From the NCBI RefSeq assembly GCF_039023525.1, contig NZ_JBCHKV010000008.1, forward strand, positions 210,510-242,509: a DNA stretch of 32,000 nucleotides. The letters run 5' to 3'. Below, in pieces: positions 1 through 10,362 of this stretch. Source of the DNA: Mycobacterium sp. 050272 (GTDB lineage: Bacteria; Actinomycetota; Actinomycetes; Mycobacteriales; Mycobacteriaceae). The notes under the pieces are model-generated. The model ran no database searches, was not told the DNA's origin, and saw only the letters and a list, made by a program, of their open reading frames with translations. Within the stretch, counting starts at the first letter, position 1, and each line of letters begins with the position of its first letter. Position numbers and translations under genes: made by a program.

Positions 1-31
1 TAGGTCCCCCACCTCCGAGAGGATCCGATTC

Positions 32-1204
32 GTGCCCTCCGCGCTGCGTGTGCTCATCGCCGCCGAGACCTATCCGCCCGACGTCAACGGCGCCGCCCGG
101 TTCGCCGAGCGACTGGCCGGTGGCCTCGCGCGTCGCGGGCACGACATCCATGTCGTCGCACCGTCGCCGAACGGGGCGCCCGCCACGACGGTCCAGGACA
201 CCGACGGCGGCCAGGTCACCGTGCATCATGTGCGCTCGCTTCCCTACCCCGCGCGACCCGAGTTCCGGATGTGCACGCCCTGGGATGCGGGCCGGGCCGC
301 GGCGGCCTTGACGGCCGAGGTCGCCCCCGACGTGGTGCACACCCAGACCGCGTGGATGGTGGGCCGGTTCATCGTGCGCGCCGCCGTGCGTAGCGACATT
401 CCGCTGGTGGCCACCCATCACGTCGTTCCGGAGAACATCGCCGCGCACGTGCCGATGCCGCAAGCGTTGCGGCCGTTTTTCTATCGCCTGCTGTGGAAGG
501 ACTTGGCCCGCACCCTGAGTCGGGCCGATGTGGTCACCGCACCCACACCGCGGGCGGTGGAGTTGCTGATCGGGTCGTCCGGGCTGAACGACGCGCTGCC
601 GATCTCCAACGGCGTCGACATCGAGCATTATCAACGCGACCCCGAGCCGGGCTGGGTGCCCAGCATCCTGTACGTCGGGCGGCTGGACCAGGAGAAGCGG
701 GTCGACGAGCTGATCCGGGCGTTCGCCGCGTTGCCTGAGCACCTTCCCGCCACTGTCGACCTGATCGGAGATGGTCCCGAGCGGGCCGCCTGGACAGCGC
801 TGGCCGACGAGCTCGGCGTGGCCGACCGCGTTCGCTTCCACGGCTTCGTGCCCGAGGACGAGCTGGTCAGCGCCTACGCCCGGGCCTCGGTGTTCTGCAT
901 GCCCGGCATCGCGGAGTTACAGAGCCTCGTCACCCTGGAAGCCATGGCGTCCGGCAAGCCGGTTGTCGCGGCCGACGCGATGGCGCTGCCGCATCTGGTG
1001 CATCCCGGGCGAAACGGCTGGCTCTACCAACCGGGCGATATCGACGAGCTCACCTCCCACCTCGCCGCATTACTCGCGGACCCGGCATTGCGCGGGCGGA
1101 TGGGCGCGGCGAGCCGGGAGTTGGTGGGCGAACACGACATCGTTGCGACCCTCGATCGTTTCGAGGGGATCTACCGCGACCTGATCACCCGCGCTGCCGC
1201 CTGA
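32..1204 (+). CDS. GT-B glycosyltransferase, family 4 (group 1)
   Basis: 390-aa ORF with the typical GT4 N-terminus 'RVLIAAETYPPDVNGAARF...GHDIHVVAPS' and the C-terminal donor-binding motif 'LEAMASGKPVVAADAMALPHLV..GRNGWLY'. GTG at 32 is preceded by GAGAGGA (16-22). The in-frame GTG at 50 is an alternative start. Confidence 0.85.
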   Translation: MPSALRVLIAAETYPPDVNGAARFAERLAGGLARRGHDIHVVAPSPNGAPATTVQDTDGGQVTVHHVRSLPYPARPEFRMCTPWDAGRAAAALTAEVAPDVVHTQTAWMVGRFIVRAAVRSDIPLVATHHVVPENIAAHVPMPQALRPFFYRLLWKDLARTLSRADVVTAPTPRAVELLIGSSGLNDALPISNGVDIEHYQRDPEPGWVPSILYVGRLDQEKRVDELIRAFAALPEHLPATVDLIGDGPERAAWTALADELGVADRVRFHGFVPEDELVSAYARASVFCMPGIAELQSLVTLEAMASGKPVVAADAMALPHLVHPGRNGWLYQPGDIDELTSHLAALLADPALRGRMGAASRELVGEHDIVATLDRFEGIYRDLITRAAA

Positions 1205-2258
1205 CCTCGACGGCCCGCTGCAGCACCTCCAGCAACACCCGCGCCGAGCGCTCCCAGGAGTAGTGTTCGGCGCGCGTGCGGGCCTGCGCGGACGCCGCGG
1301 CGAATGTGGCGTCATCGTCGAGCGCGCGGATCGCGCGGACGAAACCTTCGACATCATCCGGCCCGAAGTAGCCGGCGGCATCCGCCCCGACCTCACGGAA
1401 CACCGGAATGTCGCTGACCACGAGCGGGGTGCCCAGCGCCATCGCCTCGACCAACGGCAACCCGAAGCCCTCCTCACGCGAGGCTGTCACCAGCGCGGTC
1501 GCCGCGCGCAGGACGTCGCGGTAGGTGGCGTCGTCGGCGCCATCGTGAAACACCAGGTCGGCTCCGGCGCCGAGCGCGGTGAGCCGGTCGCGCTCGGCCA
1601 CCGAGACCTTGCTCATCAGATGCAGCCGATAATCCGGCAGCCGCACGGCGGCCCGCACCAAGGTTTCGACGTTCTTGTAAGGCATGAATGACCCCATGTA
1701 GACCAGTGAGCGGGTGCGCGGCAGCCGAGTGGGATCGGGCACCGGATCGGCCGCGTTGGACACCACCGTGACCGGCCGCCGGGTCAGCCGGTGGGCCGCG
1801 ATCAGCGCCGCCGAGGTGTCGGAGACGGTGACCACGGCGTCGGCCCGGTCGAGCAGCAGGCGCTGCGGCCACCAAGCCAGGTGGTAGAGCCGCCACAACA
1901 GCCGGATCGGGGCGGCGAACTCCGGCGGCGGGGTGCGGTGGCGGTAGTAGATCAGGTCGTGCAGCGTGAGCAGCAGCGCGTAGCGGCGTCCCCAGGTGCC
2001 CATGGTCTGCATCGGGGAGAACACGACGTCCGGTTCGAGCCGGTTGACTTGCCTGGCCACCAATGGCTCCCGAATGCTCGTCGGCGCGCTGATGCGCGCC
2101 CAGGGCATGTTCGGCAGTTGCGCGAGTTGCCGCTCGTCGCTGATCAGCATCGTCAGCGGATGCATCCCGGCCAGCGCGTGCACGAGCCCGGTGGTGTAGC
2201 GGCTGATGCCGTTGTGCAGCCCGGGGGTGACGTACCGGCAGTCGACTACAAGGCGCAC
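1185..2258 (-). CDS. GT-B glycosyltransferase, family 4 (group 1)
   Basis: 357-aa ORF with '[22 protein letters not shown]' at the N-terminus and 'GFGLPLVEAMALGTPLVVSDIPVFREV' as the GT4 C-terminal motif. Its start overlaps the stop of the upstream hydrolase gene by 13 nt. Confidence 0.85.
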   Translation of the reverse strand: MRLVVDCRYVTPGLHNGISRYTTGLVHALAGMHPLTMLISDERQLAQLPNMPWARISAPTSIREPLVARQVNRLEPDVVFSPMQTMGTWGRRYALLLTLHDLIYYRHRTPPPEFAAPIRLLWRLYHLAWWPQRLLLDRADAVVTVSDTSAALIAAHRLTRRPVTVVSNAADPVPDPTRLPRTRSLVYMGSFMPYKNVETLVRAAVRLPDYRLHLMSKVSVAERDRLTALGAGADLVFHDGADDATYRDVLRAATALVTASREEGFGLPLVEAMALGTPLVVSDIPVFREVGADAAGYFGPDDVEGFVRAIRALDDDATFAAASAQARTRAEHYSWERSARVLLEVLQRAVEVRRQRG

Positions 2259-3064
2259 ACGAACTCCGCGATCGCGGCCGCCACGGCGGCTGGTGCCTCG
2301 TAATGGGCCAGGTGCCCGACGTCGGCTACCTCAACCAGGCGCGCGTCGCGGAACCGCCCGGCGAGTTCCCGCTGTGCGGGCAGCGGCGCAATGTCGTCGT
2401 GTTCGGCCGCCACCAGCAGCGTCGGGACAGCGATGTCGGGTGCGAACTGCGCGACATCGTGCCCGATCGATGCGTAAAAGGCCTCCAGCAGCACCCTGCG
2501 GTCGGCGAACCCCGAGAAGTAGCGCCGGTGCTCGGCGTGAATCCAGCGCCGCAGAGCCGGATCCCGCGTGGTGGTCATGGCCGAGCTCGCGATTCGCGTG
2601 AGCAGCGGGTGCCGCAGCAGCGCCGTGCCCGCCCGTTCCGGCAGCGCCGCGGCGAGCCGGTGGTACCCGACGGTCAGCCTGGTAAGGCCGCGGCGGGGAC
2701 CGGCCAGCGCCGAGCCGGCGATCGGATTGACCAGCACCAGCCCGGCGATGTCCGCGGCCCGGGCGGCGGCCGCCGCGATGATGGACCCGAACGAGTGGCC
2801 CGCGAGCACCGGCCGACCGCCGAGCTGCGCCAGCAGGTCGGCCACCCAGCGCGCGTAACCCTCGACATCGTGCCGGCCGTCTTGCAGCGGCCTCGCAACG
2901 CCGAAGCCGGGCAGATCCGGCACCACCGCCCGCAATCCGGGCAGGTGGGTGACGATCGGCTCCAACCCGTGGTGGTCGCCGCGCAACCCGTGCACGAACA
3001 CGACCGTGCGCGCGGCATCGGCTGCGCCGTAAGTCCAGCACGCAGGGGCGGAACGGTCTGCCAT
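2246..3064 (-). CDS. alpha/beta-fold hydrolase
   Basis: ORF 2246..3160 trimmed to the ATG at 3064 ('[13 protein letters not shown]...'). It has an HG oxyanion motif '[12 protein letters not shown]', the nucleophile elbow 'GHSFGS' and a C-terminal 'VGHLAHYE' histidine. The 32 codons upstream are Arg/Pro-rich and unlike protein. Confidence 0.8.
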   Translation of the reverse strand: MADRSAPACWTYGAADAARTVVFVHGLRGDHHGLEPIVTHLPGLRAVVPDLPGFGVARPLQDGRHDVEGYARWVADLLAQLGGRPVLAGHSFGSIIAAAAARAADIAGLVLVNPIAGSALAGPRRGLTRLTVGYHRLAAALPERAGTALLRHPLLTRIASSAMTTTRDPALRRWIHAEHRRYFSGFADRRVLLEAFYASIGHDVAQFAPDIAVPTLLVAAEHDDIAPLPAQRELAGRFRDARLVEVADVGHLAHYEAPAAVAAAIAEFVCAL

Positions 3065-3293
3065 CAATCCTCGTTCTACAGGGAAGTGCGCAATGACGCG
3101 CACGCGCGAAACTACTGAGTTCTGGCCACCAGGTACGCCAGAAGTCGCCGGGATCCGCAACTCGAGGTGGGCGATCTCACACTCGCGACCACATCCGGGA
3201 GCATTGTGGAATACCTTTAGCTTCGCTAACGTTCTTTATGTCGGCGCAGCGTGGCGCCCCAAGATCCCAAATCTCAGTGATGCGAGGACTGTT

Positions 3294-6200
3294 ATGTCGA
3301 CGACTACGCGTGAAGAGCGGCTGGAACGCCGCATCGAAGCCCTGACCGCTAACGACCCACAGTTCGCCGCCGCCAAGCCCGACCCGGCCGTCGCCGAGGC
3401 CCTCGAGAAGTCCGAACTGCGTCTCCCGCAGGTCATCCAGACCGTTCTCGATGGTTACGCCGACCGCCCGGCCCTTGGTCAGCGCGTTGTGGAGTTCGTC
3501 AAAGACCCGAAGACCGGGCGCACCTCAGCCGAGCTGCTCCCCCGCTTCGAGACCATCACCTACCGCCAGCTGAGCGATCGCATCGCCGCGCTGGGCCGTG
3601 CGCTGAGCGCGGACTCGGTGCACGTCGGCGACCGCGTCGCCGTGCTGGGCTTCAACAGCGTCGACTTCACCACCATCGACGTCGCCCTGGCCCAGATCGG
3701 CGCGGTATCGGTTCCCCTGCAGACCAGCGCCGCGATTGCGCAGCTCAAGCCGATCGTGACCGAGACCGAGCCGGCTGTGTTCGCCGCGAGCGTCGATCAG
3801 CTCTCCGATGCCGTCGAGCTGATCCTGAGCGGCGATCACCGTCCCGCCAAGCTGGTGGTCTTCGACTACCACCCCGAAGTCGACGACCAGCGCGAGTCCG
3901 TTCAGAGCGCGGCCACCCGGCTGGCCGAGGCCGCGGTGACCGTCGAATCGCTGGGCGAGCTGATCGAGCGCGGCACGGCATTGCCTGCCACCCCCGCCGC
4001 CGACGTCGAGGACGACGCACTGGCACTGCTGATCTACACCTCCGGCAGCACGGGCGCGCCCAAGGGCGCGATGTACCCGCGGGGCAATGTCGGCAAGATG
4101 TGGCGACGGTCGAGCCGTAACTGGTTCGGCGAGACGGCCGCCTCGATCACGCTGAACTTCATGCCGATGAGCCACGTTATGGGACGCGGCGTGCTCTACG
4201 GCACGCTGGGCAACGGCGGCACGGCGTACTTCGCCGCCCGCAGCGACCTCTCGACGCTGCTCGAGGACCTGGCACTGGTCCGGCCCACCGAGATGAACTT
4301 CGTGCCGCGCATCTGGGAGACCATCTACGCCGAATACCTGCGCAAGGTGGCCCGCGGCGACAACGAAGCCGACGTGATGAACGAGCTGGCACAGGATCTG
4401 CTGGGCGGGCGGTTCATCTTCGCGATGACGGGCTCGGCGCCCACCTCTCCCGAGCTGAAGGCCTGGGTGGAGGACCTGCTCGACATGCACCTGCTCGACG
4501 GCTACGGCTCCACCGAGGCGGGCATGGTGCTGTTCGACGGCGAGGTGCAGCGTCCACCGGTCATCGAATACAAGCTGGCCGACGTCCCCGATCTGGGCTA
4601 CTTCGCCACTGACCGGCCCTATCCGCGCGGCGAATTGCTACTCAAGACCGAGAACATGTTCCCCGGTTACTACAAGCGCCCGGAGATCACCGCCGACGTG
4701 TTCGACGCCGACGGCTACTACCGCACCGGCGACGTCGTCGCCGAGATCGCGCCCAACAAGGTCGTCTACGTCGACCGCCGCAACAACGTGCTCAAGCTCG
4801 CCCAGGGCGAGTTCGTCACCGTGGCCAAGCTGGAGGCGGTGTTCGGCAACAGCCCGCTGATCCGGCAGATCTACGTCTACGGCAACAGTGCTCACCCCTA
4901 CCTGCTGGCGGTCGTCGTGCCCACGCAGGAGGCGCTGTCGCACTACGGCGTCGACGGGGTCAAGGCGCCGATCGCCGATTCGTTGCAGGCCGTCGCCAAG
5001 GAGGCCGGGCTGCAGTCCTACGAGGTTCCGCGCGACTTCCTGATCGAGACAACGCCTTTCACGCTGGAGAACGGTCTGCTCACCGGTATCCGCAAGCTGG
5101 CGTGGCCAAAGCTCAAGCAGCAGTACGGAGAACGGCTCGAGCAGCTCTACGCCGAGCTGGCCGAAGGCCAGGCCAACGAATTGGGCGAGTTGCGCCGAAG
5201 CGGGGCCACCGCTCCGGTGCTGCAGACGGTGAGTCGGGCCGCGGCCGCCCTGCTGGGAGCCGCGACCACCGAGCTGACCCCGGACGCTCACTTCACCGAT
5301 CTGGGTGGAGACTCGTTGTCGGCGTTGACATTCGGCAACCTGCTGCACGAGATCTTCGGCATCGACGTGCCGGTGGGCGTGATCGTCAGCCCGGCCAGTG
5401 ACCTGGCCTCGATCGCGGCCTACATCGAAACCGAGCGCGAGGGCACCAAGCGACCCACGTTCGCGGCGGTGCACGGTCTTTCCAGCAAGGACAGCACGGG
5501 CGAGGTGCACGCCGGTGATCTCACGCTGGACAAGTTCATCGACGCGGCGACGCTGGCTGCCGCACCGAACCTGCCGGCGCCGGCAACCGAGGTCCGCACG
5601 GTCCTGCTGACCGGCGCGACCGGCTTCCTGGGCCGCTACCTGGCGCTGGACTGGCTGGAGCGCATGGATCTGGTCGACGGCAAGGTGATCGCCTTGGTTC
5701 GGGCCAAGGACGACAACGCCGCACGGGCCCGGCTGGACAAGACGTTCGACAGCGGTGACCCCACACTGCTGGCGCACTACCAGAAGCTGGCCGCCGACCA
5801 TTTGGAGGTAATCGCCGGAGACAAGGGCGAGGCCAATCTCGGCCTGGATCAGCAGACCTGGCAGCGGCTGGCCGACACCGTCGACCTGATCGTCGACCCG
5901 GCGGCGCTGGTCAACCACGTGTTGCCGTACAGCGAGCTGTTCGGCCCCAACGCGCTGGGCACCGCCGAGCTGATCCGAATCGCGTTGACCGGCAAGCAAA
6001 AGCCGTACACCTACGTGTCCACGATCGGGGTGGGCGACCAGATCAAGCCCGGGCAGTTCACCGAGGACGCCGACATCCGCCAGATCAGCGCCACCCGGCA
6101 GATCAACGACAGCTACGCCAATGGCTACGGCAACAGCAAGTGGGCCGGCGAAGTGTTGCTGCGCGAGGCCAACGACCTGTGCGGTCTGCCGGTGGCGGTA

Positions 6201-6785
6201 TTCCGTTGCGACATGATCCTGGCCGACACCAGTTACGCCGGCCAGCTCAACGTGCCGGACATGTTCACCCGGATGATGCTGAGCCTGGTCGCCACCGGCA
6301 TCGCGCCCGGCTCGTTCTACGAGCGCGACGCCGACGGCAACCGGCAGCGGGCCCACTACGACGGCCTGCCCGTGGAGTTCATCGCCGAAGCCATCTCGAC
6401 GCTCGGCGCCCAGAACGTGGAGAGCTTCCAGACCTACCACGTGATGAACCCCTATGACGACGGCATCTCGATGGACTCGTTCGTCGACTGGCTGATCGCC
6501 GACGGCAACGCGATCCAGCGGATCGACGACTACGGCGACTGGCTGCCGCGGTTCGAGACCGCCCTGCGCGGCCTGCCCGAAAAGCAGCGCAACGCTTCGC
6601 TGTTGCCGCTGCTGCACAACTATCAGAAGCCCGAGCGCCCGATCCGCGGGTCGATGGCACCGACGGATCGATTCCGTGCGGCGGTTCAGGACGCGAAAGT
6701 CGGCCCGGACAAAGATATTCCGCACATCGGCGCGCCGATCATCGCCAAGTACATCAGCGATCTGCGGCTCATCGGCCTGCTCTGA
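3294..6785 (+). CDS. fadD9: carboxylic acid reductase (adenylation-PCP-reductase; FadD9/CAR type)
   Basis: 1163 aa from the ATG at 3294 ('[17 protein letters not shown]'). Adenylation motifs are '[13 protein letters not shown]', 'GYGSTEAG' and 'YRTGDV'. The carrier-domain phosphopantetheine site is '[11 protein letters not shown]'. The terminal SDR-type reductase has '[13 protein letters not shown]' and 'YGNSKW'. The length matches known CARs (about 1160-1175 aa). Confidence 0.95.
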   Translation: MSTTTREERLERRIEALTANDPQFAAAKPDPAVAEALEKSELRLPQVIQTVLDGYADRPALGQRVVEFVKDPKTGRTSAELLPRFETITYRQLSDRIAALGRALSADSVHVGDRVAVLGFNSVDFTTIDVALAQIGAVSVPLQTSAAIAQLKPIVTETEPAVFAASVDQLSDAVELILSGDHRPAKLVVFDYHPEVDDQRESVQSAATRLAEAAVTVESLGELIERGTALPATPAADVEDDALALLIYTSGSTGAPKGAMYPRGNVGKMWRRSSRNWFGETAASITLNFMPMSHVMGRGVLYGTLGNGGTAYFAARSDLSTLLEDLALVRPTEMNFVPRIWETIYAEYLRKVARGDNEADVMNELAQDLLGGRFIFAMTGSAPTSPELKAWVEDLLDMHLLDGYGSTEAGMVLFDGEVQRPPVIEYKLADVPDLGYFATDRPYPRGELLLKTENMFPGYYKRPEITADVFDADGYYRTGDVVAEIAPNKVVYVDRRNNVLKLAQGEFVTVAKLEAVFGNSPLIRQIYVYGNSAHPYLLAVVVPTQEALSHYGVDGVKAPIADSLQAVAKEAGLQSYEVPRDFLIETTPFTLENGLLTGIRKLAWPKLKQQYGERLEQLYAELAEGQANELGELRRSGATAPVLQTVSRAAAALLGAATTELTPDAHFTDLGGDSLSALTFGNLLHEIFGIDVPVGVIVSPASDLASIAAYIETEREGTKRPTFAAVHGLSSKDSTGEVHAGDLTLDKFIDAATLAAAPNLPAPATEVRTVLLTGATGFLGRYLALDWLERMDLVDGKVIALVRAKDDNAARARLDKTFDSGDPTLLAHYQKLAADHLEVIAGDKGEANLGLDQQTWQRLADTVDLIVDPAALVNHVLPYSELFGPNALGTAELIRIALTGKQKPYTYVSTIGVGDQIKPGQFTEDADIRQISATRQINDSYANGYGNSKWAGEVLLREANDLCGLPVAVFRCDMILADTSYAGQLNVPDMFTRMMLSLVATGIAPGSFYERDADGNRQRAHYDGLPVEFIAEAISTLGAQNVESFQTYHVMNPYDDGISMDSFVDWLIADGNAIQRIDDYGDWLPRFETALRGLPEKQRNASLLPLLHNYQKPERPIRGSMAPTDRFRAAVQDAKVGPDKDIPHIGAPIIAKYISDLRLIGLL

Positions 6786-6793
6786 GTTTCCAG

Positions 6794-6829
6794 AAAAAGT
6801 TCGCCGGCCCACGGGCCGGCGAACTTTTT
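6794..6829. terminator. bidirectional intrinsic terminator hairpin between convergent genes
   Basis: AAAAAGTTCGCCGGCCC / GGGCCGGCGAACTTTTT is a perfect GC-rich inverted repeat with an A5 tract on one side and a T5 tract on the other. It starts 9 nt after the CAR stop (6785) and ends 11 nt before the stop of the minus-strand gene (6840). Confidence 0.85.
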
Positions 6830-6839
6830 CGTTGGTCCC

Positions 6840-7538
6840 TTAGCTCTGAGGATGCGGCCAGCGCAGGTAGTTCGCGCTCGCTGCGGGCGCGGCGCCGGCG
6901 CGCTGTTTGCGCCATCCGCCGGCCTTCGCGTCGGACGCCTCCACCCGCGGAGTGGTCAAGGCGTCCGGTTCCACCTCACGGTGCGGCTCTTCCAGGCCCG
7001 ACATGTAGACGGGTTCGCTGGCCACCGGCGCCGCCGAACGCACCCGGGCGAGGGCTTCGATGTCACTGGCCAGTCGCACCGCCAGGCGCGCCAGCGCGAT
7101 GCCGCCCACGAAGACGATCAAGGCACCCAGACCGGAGAAGTACGAAATCTCCAGCGCGGCGCGCTTGCGGTCCGTCGCGGCGATCGGGTCTCCGGCAGAT
7201 CCGATTCCGAGCATCGGAGCGAGCTCGCCACCAATCACAAACCACGCGCCGGCCAGCACGGCCAGCCAGCCGCCGACGATGGCGGTGGCCCGGTTCCCGG
7301 AAAATACGAGGAGCAAGCCGCCGAGCGCGGTAACGCCGCCGGGCAGCACTTCGAGCCAGCCGCGGGCCGTGGTCCACGCCCATTCTCTGTCGGGTGTGTA
7401 GGCGAAGTTGAAGTGCGGACCGACGAACGGTATCAACGCACCCCAAGCACCCAGAACGATCAGAATCAACCCGCAAATCGCACCCCGGGAGCGTGGCATC
7501 CACAACCTGCCCGGATGGCCGTCTTGTGCGTAGTTCAT
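6840..7538 (-). CDS. hypothetical integral membrane protein (about 4 TM helices plus a charged C-terminal tail)
   Basis: 232-aa ORF with hydrophobic segments 'AICGLILIVLGAWGALIPFV', 'VTALGGLLLVFSG', 'IVGGWLAVLAGAWFVIGG' and 'GLGALIVFVGGIALARL'. AGGGGGA lies 4 nt upstream of the ATG at 7538. I do not recognise the family. Confidence 0.7.
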   Translation of the reverse strand: MNYAQDGHPGRLWMPRSRGAICGLILIVLGAWGALIPFVGPHFNFAYTPDREWAWTTARGWLEVLPGGVTALGGLLLVFSGNRATAIVGGWLAVLAGAWFVIGGELAPMLGIGSAGDPIAATDRKRAALEISYFSGLGALIVFVGGIALARLAVRLASDIEALARVRSAAPVASEPVYMSGLEEPHREVEPDALTTPRVEASDAKAGGWRKQRAGAAPAASANYLRWPHPQS

Positions 7539-7653
7539 TACATCCCCCTATTGACGCCGGACTACTTCAGCACCGCGTGGATACCCTGCGGTTCACGGTT
7601 ATAACCTCTGGTTGCCCCCGGTGCCGTGACCCGTGTGGCCGGTGATTCTTGTG

Positions 7654-8040
7654 TTACGTAGCCAGGCCGAGTATCAGCAGCACAATCGCGATCACCGGGA
7701 AGATGCCCTGCGTCGCGGCGGCCCTGGCCTTATCGGGCGCCGACACCACCAGGACCACCGCGGCCGCGGCCATCGATCCGATCCCGGCAAAGACCAGCGC
7801 GGCACCGACGGCCCGATGTCCCATCGCGATCTCGGCGATCCCGATGCCGGCCACAATCGCCAGGAACAGGTTGTAAAAGCCCTGGTTGAAGGCCAGCAGC
7901 TTGGTGGTCTCGGCCTCCTCGGGCGTCGTACCGAAGGTCGCGCGGGTACGGGGCGAGGTCCAGGTCAACGACTCCATCGTGAAGATGTAGACGTGCAACA
8001 ACGCCGCGAGTGCGGCGAATGCCAGTCCGGCGGTGATCAT
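7654..8040 (-). CDS. small membrane protein, DUF1304-like
   Basis: 128-aa ORF containing 'LLHVYIFTMESLTW...FNQGFYNLFLAI', which matches my memory of the DUF1304 signature. A perfect AGGAGG lies 4 nt upstream of the ATG at 8040. Confidence 0.75.
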   Translation of the reverse strand: MITAGLAFAALAALLHVYIFTMESLTWTSPRTRATFGTTPEEAETTKLLAFNQGFYNLFLAIVAGIGIAEIAMGHRAVGAALVFAGIGSMAAAAVVLVVSAPDKARAAATQGIFPVIAIVLLILGLAT

Positions 8041-8084
8041 GGCGCCTCCTGTGTTGATCGTCGCGAACCGCTTCGCCCGCGCTC

Positions 8085-9134
8085 CTACTCAAATAGCCCC
8101 GGTTGCAAGACCCCGGCCGGCGGTGTCATACCCAGATGGGTCCAGGCCTGCGCGGTGGCCACCCGGCCGCGCGGCGTCCGCGCGATCATCCCGGCACGCA
8201 CCAGAAACGGCTCACACACCTCCTCGACGGTGGTCGCCTCCTCCCCGACCGCCACCGCGAGCGTCGAAACCCCGACCGGGCCGCCGCCGAAGCTGCGGGT
8301 CAGCGCCGACAGCACCGCCCGGTCCAGCCGGTCGAGCCCGAGCTCGTCGACGTCGTAGACCTCCAGCGCGGACTTGGCGACGTCGCGGGTGATCACCCCG
8401 TCGGCGCGCACCTCGGCGAAGTCCCGGACCCGGCGCAGCAGTCGGTTGGCGATCCGTGGCGTGCCGCGCGAGCGGCGGGCGATCTCCGCACCCGCTTCGG
8501 CACCCAGCTCGATGCCGAGGATTCCGGCCGAACGGGCCAACACCCGCTCCAGATCGGCCGGCTCGTAGAAATCCATGTGCGCGGTGAAACCGAAGCGGTC
8601 CCGCAGCGGACCGGTCAGCGCGCCGGACCGGGTGGTCGCGCCGACCAGCGTGAACGGCGCCACCTCCAGCGGAATCGATGTTGCCCCAGGGCCTTTGCCC
8701 ACCACGACGTCGACGCGAAAGTCCTCCATAGCGAGGTAGAGCATCTCCTCGGCCGGCCGCGCGATGCGATGGATCTCGTCGATGAACAACACGTCGTGCT
8801 CGACCAGATTCGACAACATCGCGGCCAGGTCGCCGGCGCGCTCCAGGGCGGGGCCCGACGTCACCCGCAGCGAGGACCCGAGCTCGGCGGCGATGATCAT
8901 CGCCAGCGACGTCTTTCCCAACCCGGGCGGGCCGGACAGCAGAATGTGATCCGGTGTGCCGCCCCGGTTTTTGGCCCCCTCGAGGACCAGCTGCAGCTGC
9001 TCGCGGACCCGGGACTGGCCGATGAACTCACGCAGCGAGCGGGGCCGCAGGCTGACGTCGATGTCGCCCTCGCCGACGGTCAGCGCCGGGGACAGGTCGC
9101 GATCCGCGTAGTCCTCGGCATCCTCGTCGCTCAT
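8085..9134 (-). CDS. ruvB: Holliday junction branch migration ATPase RuvB
   Basis: 349 aa with Walker A 'GPPGLGKT', Walker B 'VLFIDEIHR' and a RuvB C-terminal winged-helix region. An ATGA overlap joins it to the ruvA stop. Confidence 0.97.
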   Translation of the reverse strand: MSDEDAEDYADRDLSPALTVGEGDIDVSLRPRSLREFIGQSRVREQLQLVLEGAKNRGGTPDHILLSGPPGLGKTSLAMIIAAELGSSLRVTSGPALERAGDLAAMLSNLVEHDVLFIDEIHRIARPAEEMLYLAMEDFRVDVVVGKGPGATSIPLEVAPFTLVGATTRSGALTGPLRDRFGFTAHMDFYEPADLERVLARSAGILGIELGAEAGAEIARRSRGTPRIANRLLRRVRDFAEVRADGVITRDVAKSALEVYDVDELGLDRLDRAVLSALTRSFGGGPVGVSTLAVAVGEEATTVEEVCEPFLVRAGMIARTPRGRVATAQAWTHLGMTPPAGVLQPGLFE

Positions 9135-9736
9135 TTGGTCTTACCCAGCACCGACAGCGCTGCCCGCAACACGTCGGAAGTCGTTGCCTGCTCGCCTTTT
9201 TCGTGACTGGCCGCCAGCACGCTGTCGGTGGCATCCTCGGCCTGCTTGACCGCGAAACCCAACCCGGTCAGCGCCTCGACCACCGGGCCCCGCACCGCGT
9301 GGCCGTTTACCGTTGGTGCCGCGGTGGGCGTACCGGCGGCATGGATCTTGTCGCGCAACTCCAGAACCATGCGCTCGGCGCCGCGCTTGCCGATGCCGGG
9401 CACCCGGGTCAGCGCGGTGACGTCGCCGTCGGAAAGTGCCTGGCGCAGCGCCACGGCGTCGTGCACGGCCAGCGTCGCCATCGCCAGCCGCGGCCCGACG
9501 CCGGACACCGACAGCAGCGTCAGGAACAGGTCGCGGGTCTCGTTGTCGACGAACCCGTACAGCGTCTGCGAATCCTCGCGAACGATCATCGCGGTGATCA
9601 GGCGGGCTTCGCTGCCGTGCCGCAGCGTGGCCAGCGTCGAGGGCGTCGCGTTCACCCGATACCCGACACCGCCGGCTTCGATCACCACATGATCGAGTGC
9701 CACCTCGAGCACCTCGCCGCGCACCGAGGCGATCAT
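9131..9736 (-). CDS. ruvA: Holliday junction DNA-binding protein RuvA
   Basis: ORF trimmed to '[28 protein letters not shown]'. It has the HhH motif '[19 protein letters not shown]'. ATGA overlaps occur at both ends (9733-9736 with ruvC, 9131-9134 with ruvB). Confidence 0.95.
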   Translation of the reverse strand: MIASVRGEVLEVALDHVVIEAGGVGYRVNATPSTLATLRHGSEARLITAMIVREDSQTLYGFVDNETRDLFLTLLSVSGVGPRLAMATLAVHDAVALRQALSDGDVTALTRVPGIGKRGAERMVLELRDKIHAAGTPTAAPTVNGHAVRGPVVEALTGLGFAVKQAEDATDSVLAASHEKGEQATTSDVLRAALSVLGKTK

Positions 9737-10314
9737 CGGCCCGCCCCCGCCCTGGCGGCCTTGGCCTGGGCGGCCAACTTGGCACGGTAGGCCTGGCGCG
9801 CCTCGGCGGCCATCGCCTCGGCCGCCGCCATCCGGGCCAGCATCGGCGCCCGCCAGCAATGGCAGATGGCCAGCGCCAGCGCGTCGGCCGCATCGGCCGG
9901 CGTCGGTTTGGCTTGCAGCTCAAGGATTCTGGTGACCATCGCGGTGACCTGAGCTTTGTCGGCGGTGCCGTTGCCGGTGACCGCGGCCTTCACCTCGCTG
10001 GGCGTGTGGAAGTGCACGCCGATATCGCGTTTGGCCGCCGCCAGCGCGATCACACCGCCGGCCTGCGCGGTGCCCATCACCGTCGACACGTTGTGCTGAG
10101 CGAACACCCGCTCGATCGCGATCACGTCGGGACGGTGGGTGTCCAACCAGTACTCGACGGCGTCGCTGATGGCCAGCAGTCGTTGGGGCAGCGCGGCATC
10201 CGAGGAGGTACGGACCACGTCGACGTCCAGCGCGACGACATGGCGCCCGCGCCCGCTTTCCACCACGGACAGCCCGCATCGAGTCAGTCCGGGGTCGACG
10301 CCCATCACCCGCAT
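9733..10314 (-). CDS. ruvC: crossover junction endodeoxyribonuclease RuvC
   Basis: ORF trimmed to '[19 protein letters not shown]', the RuvC catalytic Asp motif. 'IERVF' and '[12 protein letters not shown]' are also present. An SOS box lies just upstream. Confidence 0.95.
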   Translation of the reverse strand: MRVMGVDPGLTRCGLSVVESGRGRHVVALDVDVVRTSSDAALPQRLLAISDAVEYWLDTHRPDVIAIERVFAQHNVSTVMGTAQAGGVIALAAAKRDIGVHFHTPSEVKAAVTGNGTADKAQVTAMVTRILELQAKPTPADAADALALAICHCWRAPMLARMAAAEAMAAEARQAYRAKLAAQAKAARAGAGR

Positions 10315-10347
10315 GCTCCAACTCCACTTCCTGCAAATACGGTGGCC

Positions 10348-10362
10348 CGAACAGCTGTTCGA
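10348..10362. promoter_or_regulatory. LexA (SOS) box
   Basis: CGAACAGCTGTTCGA is a perfect palindrome. It matches the mycobacterial/Gram-positive SOS box core GAAC-N4-GTTC (TCGAAC-N4-GTTCGA) and sits 34-48 nt upstream of the ruvC ATG. Confidence 0.8.

Noticed and set aside
3093-3293. 67-codon N-terminal extension of the CAR ORF from the ATG at 3093
   Set aside because: The extension ('[26 protein letters not shown]...') covers the lower-GC promoter-like region. It is absent from CAR/FadD9 proteins as I know them, which begin close to '[14 protein letters not shown]'.
4638-6812. 724-aa minus-strand ORF antisense to the carboxylic acid reductase gene
   Set aside because: It is antisense to a gene with unambiguous A-PCP-R motifs. 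The product is a repetitive Gly/Val/Arg/Asp/Gln-rich sequence with no family resemblance. It also runs through the terminator hairpin.
7633-8358. 241-aa plus-strand ORF across the DUF1304 gene and the 3' end of ruvB
   Set aside because: It is antisense to two genes with good RBS and motif support. The translation is Arg/Gly/Asp-rich with no motif.
9737-9859. N-terminal extensions of ruvA (to 9859), ruvC (to 10401), pdxT (to 15967), pimA (to 22327), the PPE gene (from 17678) and the membrane gene (to 30844)
   Set aside because: In each case the extension overlaps the upstream gene or is Arg/Gly/Pro-rich. The conserved family N-terminus begins at an internal start, which often forms a 1-4 nt overlap with the upstream stop.
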